Of a stretch of DNA of 64,000 bases, positions 50,549 through 60,334 are shown in pieces. The position numbers and the translations under genes are program-made. The stretch covers positions 1 through 64,000 of the forward strand of contig JAYWIR010000128.1 in assembly GCA_036172245.1 (NCBI GenBank), read 5' to 3'. The notes beneath the pieces are model-generated. The model had not been told where the DNA came from. It saw nothing but the letters and a program-made list of their open reading frames with translations, and searched no databases. The DNA comes from Raillietiella orientalis (Eukaryota). Within the stretch, counting starts at the first letter, position 1; each line of letters begins with the position of its first letter.

Positions 50549-53500
50549 TGCGTGGACTCGCGTCCGCTCGTCGTGTCAGCGTGGCCTGTTGGAATGTCAA
50601 CGGGCTACGTGATGCTGACAAAAGGCGGACGGTAGCCAACGCTTTGCGCGCGTTCGATCTGGTGCTGCTGGAGGAGATACATAGCATCTCCGTACGGCAG
50701 GCATCGGATCTGGAAGAGCGCGCGGGCGGGACGCTACACTGGCGGCAAGGCTACGCTCACACGTGCGGAGTCGCGTTCCTCGTCCGAGGCAGGGTGGCGG
50801 AGGCGGTGCGGAACGTTTGTTTCGAGGAGGAAGGTCGTGTGGGCCAACTTGTCCTCAAGTGGTCCGAATCGATAGAACTGGTCGTTACGAACATCGACGC
50901 GCCGAGCGGCGGCCGGCATTACGCCTAGCGACTTTCATTCCTGGGTGGCCTGCGCAGCCGCTGGCTCGCTGACTCCGGCCCTAACGTGGCGCGCTGCCTT
51001 GCAGGAGACTTCAACGTCTACACGCTAACAGAGGAGAGATGCCGCTTGAGGGAGAAGCAACTGGTGATCGAGGTATGCGCGTCCGTGCGCGTGCATAACT
51101 TGCTTGCTGTTGAGCCCGGGATGGGGAGATCGCCGGACCATGCGTTCCTCGATGAACACCTGCTCTCACGAGTAGGTCTTACAGGGCGCCTGCTGTCCGC
51201 TATTTCGGAACATCCTGGACTGGAGTTCGAGCTCCTCCCGCCTGGCGAAGGGCCTCCGATGAATGTCTGGAGGTTGCCGGCCGACTGGCTTAGCAATTCG
51301 GAAGCGGCGGAGCATCTCCGCCAACACCTCCGGGGCTTCGCCATCTGTGAACTCGAGGACTGGGACGATCTGAAAAGATCGGTCCGCGAGTTCTGCTGCC
51401 GGTTTCCCTTGCACCTGCTTCCCCGCGGCTTCGGGGAGGGTGTCGCGAACAGCAGATCCTATTTGCAGGCGCGTACCATTTCCCGATGCGCGGACGTCCG
51501 GCGTCTGGCGGAGTATAAGGCGAGGGCCGAGCGCCAGGTTTGGCAGTCTGGAGGGGCTTGTCTGCTCGATGACGCTAGCCAGGAATGCTCGACTGCAGCC
51601 AAAGTACACCGCGTAGTCAAGCGCTACTACTCCTCGTTGTACGCGGCGGAGCCCACGGAACGCAGTCTCTCCGAGCTGCTTCTTCCGACGGGTAACCCTG
51701 CTATCGACGAGGAGGAACGCGCCAGATTGGTTTGGCCCTTCACGGCGGAAGAAGTATCTTCCTCCATAGCGGGCCTGAAGAGGCGTAAGGCGCTGGGGAA
51801 GGATGGCCTGCAAGCGGAATTCTTTCAGTGCTTCGCGGCAGAGCTCGTACCCCTGATGCTAAGCCTTTCCTCGCTGATGCGTGAGACGGGAGATGTTCCC
51901 GCTTCTTTCCGCTCAGCAAAGGTGCGGCTCCTGCCAAAAGGCCGTGATTTGCGCCACCTCAGCAACTGGAGTCCGATCACATTGGTGAATTCGGACGTCA
52001 AGTTGTTCTCCAGGCTAGGGGTCGCGCGGTCGTCCTTGGTAAGTCCGGAGCAGACGTATGCTGTTCCGGGGCGGTCCATGGACGCGAATCTCTTCTTCGC
52101 GCAAACATGGTTCGAGTTGCAGCAGCGCGTGGCGCAGCAGAGCCAGGCAGCCGAATTCGCCGCTGCTAAAGAAAAGCGGCGGTGTTCAAGGCACGATGGA
52201 ACGCCGGGAGCCTTAGCGGTCGCAGTCGATCTCTGCAAAACGTTCGACAGCGTAAACCAGGACCTCCTTCTGGAGCTTCTGGGACGCCTAGGGCTCCGGA
52301 CGCACCTCATCGCCTACTTGCGCTCCTGCTGGCGCCACGCGTTATTCTGTATCTCTTTTAGCGGGCGTTACGTTTACGGTGTTCCTATACAGCGGGGTAT
52401 CTGGCAGGGAGACAGCTTAATCCCCCTGCTATTCAGCATCTTCTTTGAGTTGGTGCTGAGGGCGTACAGGCTGACGCTGGCCAACCTGCCGAGCTCCTGC
52501 CCGGGAACACCGGCCGCGGCCGCCTATGCTGACGACCTTCTCCTGCTGCTGCCCATGTCCACCCCGGCGTCCAGGCTCGAGGACTTCTTCGAGATCATTC
52601 GTCGGGGAGCGGGCCTGGGCGTGAACAGGACGAAATCAACCGTTGTACTGGTTGGCTCTACGTGGGAGAGGCAGTCCGACTGGATCCGCCTGGGGATCCC
52701 CACGGGCAGGTGCTTGAAGTACCTCGGCGTTCCCTTGGGCGCATTTTGACCAGCAGAAGCGTTATCGGACTGCCTTCACAAGGCCGAGGATGCTCTGGGC
52801 TTGTTCCAAGGCGGCAGGTTTCTCCTGTCGGAACGGGCCTTCGTGTGGACCATTTTCGTTGCCCCCCTCCTCCGTCCCCTCTATTTTGTTTGTCCCCCTC
52901 CCTACTCGGCTAAGCGCCGGGCGCAACGCCTGTTGGGTAACGCTCTGTGGGGACCGGCGAGGTCCAGGATACGCCTGAAGGACTTGGCGGCTCCTCGGGG
53001 CGATGCAGGATTGGGCATCCTGACGCTGGAGCGGATCGGACTCCTAGTGCAGTTCCGCATGCTGGCACTTTGTGCGCAGCTCTGGACTACTCCCTGGTGT
53101 GCTCCAGCGCGGCTGCTGCTGCGGCGCAGCACGGGTGGCGACGGACTACGTTCGTTGTATCTGCGCACGGAGCGCGCCCAGAGAGGATTCGGGTTCCCTT
53201 TGAATCAGCTCTCCTCGCTTCTGGGGAAGCATTCGTGGATCTCCTGCCGGCCGACGAATTTCAACGTCTGGATTCAGTAAGCCTTATCGTCCTGGGCAGC
53301 GCAACAGGATGTGTCCCGTTTGGAACTCCGTTGCGTGAAACTTTCCCCATACTGTCCAGTGGGGGAGGTGCTGGAAGACCAGGACCAGTGGAAACGCCTA
53401 GCCGCTACGCCACTCGCCGAAGCACTGTGTGCACTGATGGTGCGAAATGACAGTGACCTGCTGGCGAGGTGGGAGATCACTTGCGAAATCGCAGGCGAAA

Positions 53501-54096
53501 CCCGACTGCTGGGCGGCTGGCGGACTTGCGAAATGGCAGACGCTGCCACACCTCGCATTCTCGCAAAAGGGCTTCTCCGGCGAAGTGAGCTCCTCGGGGT
53601 GCCCCCTGATGAACTTGTGGTTCCTTCTGCGTGTTTGGACGCGACTCTCTTCCCCCTTCGGTGGAAGCAGGACGCTTTTCTGCTGGTGCATTGGGGTTTG
53701 TACTGCATCCAGGAGGCGCACCTGATTTCCGGGGGAGTGGCGTCCCCGAACTGTGACAAATGCGGAGCGGTGGCATCGCTTCCGCATCTGCTGTTTGAGT
53801 GCGGTGCCCTCCAGGAGCTGTGGCGGCGGCTGTGTTCTGCGCTCCTGCACCCTGGACACACCGCACTGGATTGGATGCGCCGCTTCTACACGCGTGGCGG
53901 ACCTTCTCTTGGAGCGGTCGTCGCAATCATCTGCTGCGTCCGCGCCATTATCAGGGCCCGCCACGTATTGCAGATGCGAGCGTTCCCAACATCGGTCCCC
54001 GACACCGCAGCCTGCAACCTGCAAATGGCTGCCGGCTGGCCACATCTTGGAGCAGAAGTGATGACGGAGATCGGCGGCATTCACCGCCGGTTCTGA
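50548..54096 (+). pseudogene. ORF2 of A element (APE endonuclease, reverse transcriptase, zinc finger); one frame of ~1180 codons with three nonsense mutations
   Basis: ORFs starting 50533, 50986, 52801 and 53311 share a frame. Motifs WNVNG, GDFN, DLCKTFD, QGDSLIPLLF, AYADDL, KYLGV and CDKCG...HLLFEC. Confidence 0.92.
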
Positions 54097-54301
54097 GAAT
54101 AGGAACGGTCAGACTGTATACCCCTGTCCTCGCCCTTCCACCCAGTTTATTTATTTATTGTCCCACTTCCTCCCGTTCCGAACTCTCAGTGTGCCCGGAC
54201 TGCGCTCCGGGAAATCTACTCCCCATTTTCTGTTTCCGTTGCCTGGGAACACAGTTCTGAGTTGATATTTTTATAAACGTCCCGCCGCAACCGGGTAATA
54301 A

Positions 54302-55457
54302 ATGATAACGCTGAATTCTTTAATTTCCTCGGTTTCCTGCTCTTTTTTCTGGAGGTACGCGAGCTTTTTCTCCATCCTCCTCTCTTTCTTTAATTTTTTG
54401 GCCGTAGCCACCTGCCACCCAGTCTCTTGGCTAGTTCCATCGACTTGTTCGGCGTTGTTCGCCGGGGACTCGGGTGCGGATTGGGCTTTGGGCGCGGGTG
54501 GCACAGCCTCCGCGGCACCTTTCGCCACCAGCCTTTTCTGCAGAATGCGGGCACGTTTTTTAAGGTTTCTCTTTAAAACCACCCGCACTGCTGCTTTAGG
54601 GCACACCTCAATCGTGTGTGTATCATGGTGCCGTATACTTGGCACTGCACATTGGGACACCTCTTTTTGAGGTGGCCCGACGTATTGCAGAAGCCACAGT
54701 ATTTCGGTTTTCCCACTTACCAGAGGTCGACGGTTTCGCCTTCGACCATCAGTTTGTGGAGTAGAGTGCAGCCCTCCCGAACGGTCAGGCGCGCGGCCGT
54801 GAGGCCGCGTTGCATCCCCGTGTAGTCCTCGAAAGGACTCACTTTCGTCCACTGCGCGTGGACCGTTCCGTATTCCTCCAACGCGGCGCGAACCTGTTAC
54901 TTGCGCATCCGCGCAGTAACACCTACCAGGTAATCCACCATGCTACGGTCCTCCGTAATAGGGAGGAGCAATTGCGTACCCATCATTACGGGGGTTTTAT
55001 GCAGTCGTTGTGCCAGCTCTGCGTGTTTGCAGATCAACTCTACGTACTGGCTTCCGCTACGAATGGTCATAGCGCTGAGCTCCTCCTCTTTCACATCGAG
55101 AGCGCGCATGCCCTTCGAGAAGGCGCGCGCGCTCTATAAAGAATATAAATTGCCTACCTTGTAGCACAATGAGGGGTTGTACCCGTCCTCTACATTGGCC
55201 GACAATTCCGCCGCGGCTGCAGGCGATGGCGCCGACACAACGACGCCCCACGCCCGCGCCTCAGCGGGGACCGATTCTGTGGGGGCGGATGCCCCCACCT
55301 CCATCGCCTCTGGCGACGACGTTGCCGCCGCCCCCTGGCCATCCCTGGTGGTCGCGTCAGGCATCGCTGCCTGATCGAGCACCGAACCACACGACGCTAG
55401 CACTAAAGGAAACTTCCTGGCACAAGGAGCACCGAGAAAACACGTCCACCCTGGAGC
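54302..55457 (-). mobile_element. LINE subfamily D, 5' part (5' end + ORF1)
   Basis: ORF1 homologous to 23521-24714. GGACGTGTTTT at 55437-55447. Followed by the KAFD-site TSD. Confidence 0.85.
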
Positions 55458-57614
55458 ACGCAAGGCGGTCGACTGCGTAGACCAGGATCTCCTCCTGGAG
55501 CTCCTGGGTCGCATGGGCTTCCCACCCTCCCTACTCTCCTACCTGCGCTCCTGCTGGCGCTACGCTATCGTTAATATCCGATTCTCATATCAACAGGTGT
55601 ACGGCGTGCCGGTGCGGCGGGGCATCCGGCAGGGTGACAGCCCCAGCCCCCTGCTCTTCAGCATCTACTTTGAGTTGGTGCTGAGAGCATACAGGGAGAC
55701 TTTGGCAACCCTGCCGAGCTCGTGTCCCGGCACGCCTGCCGTGTCGGCCTATGCCGACGTTCTTCTGCTTCTGCTTCCCGGGTCCACCCCGGCATCGGCG
55801 CTCGAGGATTTCTTCGAGTTGCTATACCGTCGGACAGGCCTCCAGGTAAACAGGACGAAATCGTCGACGCTTCTCAGCGACTCGACGAGGGCCCGACGGT
55901 CGGACTGGATCCGCTTGGGGATCCTCACGGGCAGGTACATCAAGTACCTTGGCGTTCCGTTGGGGGACTTGTGCCCTGCAGAAGCCTGGTCCAACCGTCT
56001 ACAAAAGGTGGAGCTGGCGATCGGCCCGTTCCGGGACGGCAAGTTTCACTTGCAGGAACGGGCCACGGTATGGAACGCGTTTGCGGCCCCCCTCCTCCGC
56101 CTTCTACTTTTTGTGTGCCCTACACCTTACCAAATCAGGACACGGACTAGGGGCCTTATACGGAAAGCCCTCTGGGGCAACCGGAGGCCTCGCGTCCGGC
56201 TCAAAGACTTGTGCGCTCCACGCAGCGACGGTGGACTTGGTCTCCTGACGTTGAAGCGCATGGAGCGACAGCTCCAATTCAGAAAACTTGCCCTTGTGGC
56301 AAAGTTTTGGACAGCACCCTGGTGTGCACCGCAAAGACTCCTTGCTCACAGGGCAACCGGCTGCTTCGAATTGACTTCCATCCTGGTAGCCAACGAACGC
56401 AGCCTAAACCATTGTGGTTATCAGCTGCGGGATTTGGTTGCCCTTCTGAGAGACAACCCTTGGATCTCCTGCATCCCAGCGGACTGGACTACCTGGCTTT
56501 AGGAGACCGTTTCCGCATGGGCGAAGATCTATGACACCAGCGATGAGGACTTCTCCTGCCTCCGCAGAAGGAGGCACGCTGGTCAGCCACTCCAGGAGAT
56601 CGTTTCCAACCCACGGAAACTTCTGTGGGCTTCCTTCACCCCCCTTGCCCCAGTACTGCCCTCCCTAATGAAAGTTCGGGACAGCCAACAGGAGGCATCG
56701 TGGGAAGTGTCCTGCCTCATTGGAGGCAGGAAAAAATCACTGAAGGCGTGGACGCCGAGGGAACTAGCAGACGCTAGTACTCCGAGTGTCCCGCCGAACG
56801 GAATTTTACGCTGTGGCGCCCTGCTCGGTATACCTCCGGAGTAGGTGAAGTGGCCCCCAGCGTCTTGGGACAAGGGTACCCTTCCCCTGCAGTGGCAGGA
56901 GACGGCGTTGCTTCTGCTCCACTGGGGACTTTTAAGCAGAGCACGCCTGTCTCGCTGGACAACGGGGAATGTGGATGCTAGTTGTGCAGAGTGCGGGAAA
57001 AGGGAGACCTTCCCTCACTTGATTCTATAGTGTGTTGCCGTCCGCAAATTGTGGGACAGACTCTCTTCGATCCTCAACATTCCGGAGGGTGACCCGAAAA
57101 ATTTAGTCAGACGCCTCCTGACGCGAGACGGCTTGCCAGCCTCCGGGAGCGTAGCAGTGCTCTGCTGCATACGCGGTATCCTGGAGAAGTGGACCGCGTC
57201 TAGAAGAGGAAGGACCAGCCGGAATGCCATCCACTGGGCAGCGATCTCCTTGGAGAAAGCGTGCCGTTGGCGCCGACTTCAAAAACATTTGCCGGCACTT
57301 GTTCGCATCCGAAACCGGATGCAAAGGCCTGCTCACGGCGCACCGCGATCCCCTCCTCCCCTCCCCCTCCCCGAAAAACATTGCCCTCCAGACGTTTTTC
57401 TTTTTTTTGGTGTTTGTTTTCTTTTATTTTTCCCGTCCTGGCGCCAGTGAAGGACCTTTTCGGCCTCCGGGTCGGTAAGGACAAGTGCTACTGAACTTCT
57501 GAACTGGACTTGTGACGTCGTAAAAAGGAAAATTTTAACAACATAGAGTTTATTACAAAATTTTGTAATGTCAAAATTTTAGTAATAAAAGCCCCGGCTT
57601 ACCCGGGTGAAAAA
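55458..57614 (+). mobile_element. LINE subfamily E, 3' half starting at the RT KAFD motif
   Basis: RKAVDCVDQ, GIRQGD, AYADV, KYLGV and CAECGKRETFPHL. AATAAA 57584-57589 and hairpin 57593-57607. Confidence 0.9.
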
Positions 57615-58497
57615 CCTGGAGGAGGGATACGACCCTCCCTCTTATATAAGGTAGGCGGATTGTGTTCTGCCGAGAACGCGCGCGCCTTTTCGCAGGCGAT
57701 GCGAGTTTACGGAATTAAAAAAGAGGAGCTTCTGGCTATCTCCATAAGAAGCGGAGGACAATTCGTCGAAGTTATCTGCAAGGAGGCAACTCTTGCGCAG
57801 AGACTTCTCCGAACCCCGTAAGAATGGGCAGCCGAAGGCTTCTTCCAATAACGGAAGACCGGTCGGTGATTATTCACCTGACCGGCATCACGTACCGTAT
57901 GAGCAAGGAGGCCGTCCGGAACGAAATTGAAAAAGTGGGGACCGTGCACGCGCTTAGGGGTAAGCTCACCACGTTCGTGGACTACGACGGGTTGCTTGGG
58001 GGACTGGGCGCAGCGCGAGTCACACCACGCGAGGGATGTGAGTTTCCCCACAAACTCACCGTCAACGGTGAAACCGTCGACGTGAGGTATGTGGGGAAAC
58101 CCAAGTTCTGCGGCTGCTGCACCAGCTGTTGACACCTCAAAATTAGGTGCTTGAGCGTGCAGTGCCAGTAGTGCAAGCAAGAGGGGCACACCCGTCTCGT
58201 GTGCTTCCAAAATTCAGTCTGTGTCGCGTCCGCAAAAAACGCGAGAAAGCGTGCGGCTAAGAAACGAAAGAAGCTGGCAGCTCGTGCTGCAGCTTGGGAG
58301 GTCACCTCCGTCACTAAAACGAAGGCTAGTTCCGAGACCACGGCGAAAATCGCAGGAAAGGTTGAGGGCGACAGACAAGTGCCTGGTTAGCAGGAGGTCA
58401 ACTCCAAAAATAAAACTGCCACGAAGGCACGGAAAAGCGCGAAGCGGAGCGAAAATGCACCGCGCTGCGTAAATACTAAAAGTTACTGCGTCGTCGT
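57614..58497 (+). mobile_element. Divergent LINE ORF1 fragment (D-related)
   Basis: EEGYDPSLLYKVG, LLPITEDRSVIIHL, YVGKPKFCGCC and CQ.CKQEGHTRLVC. Ends at YCVVV. Confidence 0.8.
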
Positions 58498-60334
58498 TTG
58501 TTACCCAGTTGTGCCAAGAAGTTTATTACTAAAGGAATCTGGGAACTGGGTTCCCAGGCAGGGGGAACATAAGATTGGAAGAATGGTTCCCGGCAGAAGG
58601 CCGGGGACAATCAGAGTTCGGAACGGGAGGAGGGGGAGGGACAATAAATAAATAAATAGTTTGGAAGGGTGGGGATAAGGGTATGCAGTCCCGCCGTTCC
58701 TTTTCTTAAACCCGGCGGTGAATGCCCGAAATCTCCGTTTTGACTTCTGTTCCGAGGAGCGGCCGCCCGGCAGCCATTTGCAGGTTGCAGGCTGCAGTGT
58801 CGAGGACCGAGGCTGGGAACGCTTTCATCAGCAATAAGTGGCGGGCCCTGACAATAGAGAGGACGCAGCAGATGATTGCCACGACCGCTCCAAGAGAAAG
58901 ACCGCCACGCGTGAAAAAGCGGCGCATCCCGCCGCTTCTTCATCCAATCCATTGCGGTGTGTCCGGGGTGCAGGAGTGCTGAAGGCAGCCGCCGCCACAT
59001 TCCGTGGATGGCAATGCATTCAAACAGCAAATGCGGAAGCGATTCCACTGCTCCGCAATTTGCACAGTGCGGGGACGCAACTCCCCCGGAAACCAGTTGC
59101 GCGCGCTGGTTACAGAACAAACCTCAATGAACCAGCAGAAAAGCGTCCTGTTTCATACCGAAGATGAAACACAGTTGCGTCCAAGCACGCAGAAGGGACC
59201 ACAAGTTCTTTGATGGGCATTCCCAGGAGCTCGCTCCATCGGAGAAGTCCCTTCGCACGAAGGCGAGCCTTGGCAGCGTCTGTCAGCTCGCAAGTCCTCC
59301 AGCCACTCAGCAGTCGGGATGCAATTGCGATTTCGCAAGCGACCTTCCACCTCGCCGGTAGGTCACTGTCGTCTCGCACCATCGGTGCAGACAGTGATTC
59401 GGCGAGGGGCGTAGCAAGTAGGCGTGTCCACTGGTCCTGGTCTTTCAGCACCTCCTTCACTGGACAGTATGGGGAAATGTTTGCGCAACGAAGTTGCAAA
59501 CGGGACACATCGATTTGCGCTGCCCAGGACGTTAAGGCTTTCTGCCTCCAGGCGTTGAAGTTCGTCGGCCGGCATGATATTCACGAATGCTTCCCTAGAA
59601 GCGAGGAGAGCTGCTTCAGGGGGAAGCCGAATCCTCTCTGGACGCGCTCCCTGCGCAGGTGCAAGGAACGTAGTCGGTCGCCACCCGTGCAGCGGCGCAG
59701 CAGCAACCGCGCTGGGGCACACCAGGTAGTAGTTGATAGCTGGCCCCCAAGGGCCAGCATGCGAAACTGCACTTGCAGTCCAATCCGCTCCAGTGTCAGG
59801 ATCCCCAATCCTGCATCCCGCCGAGGAGCCGTCAAGTCCTTGAGACGAATTCAGGATCACGCCGGTCCCCACAAGGCGTTTCGCAACAGGCGTTGCGCCC
59901 GGCGCTTAGACGAGTAGGGAGGGGGACAAACAAAAAAAAGGGGACGGAGGAGGAGGGCAACGAAAATGTTCCACACGAAGGTCCATTACCACAGGTGGAA
60001 TTTGCCGCTTCGAAACGGGCCCAGAGCAGTCTGGGCCTTGTGAAGGCAGTCCGACCACGCCTCTGCTGAACTGTAAGCGCCCAAGTTCGTGCGAAGAAGA
60101 GATTCGCGTCCATGGACCGCCCCGGAACAGCATACTTCTGCTCCGGACTTACCAAGGACTCTGCGATTCTCCCCAGGCGCGCGACCCATAGCCTGGAGAA
60201 CAACTTGACGTCCGAATTCACCAAGGTGATCGGACACCAGTTGTTAAGGTAGCGCAAATTTCCGCCTTTCGGCAATAGCCGCACCTTTGCTGAGTGGAAG
60301 GACGCGGGAACATCTCCCGTCTACCGCATCAGCG
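58498..60334 (-). mobile_element. LINE subfamily A, 3' half with the same RT deletion as 21701-23520
   Basis: Reverse-complement match to 21701-23520. AATAAA 58522-58527. Confidence 0.9.

Larger units (their letters stand above)
48524..54301 (+). mobile_element. Full-length LINE subfamily A (~5.8 kb), inserted antisense in D ORF1
   Basis: Starts GACGTGTTCT and ends hairpin-CCGGGTAATAA. Degenerate TSD ACGACAACAGTGCATT (48508) / ATGATAACGCTGAATT (54302). Confidence 0.9.
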
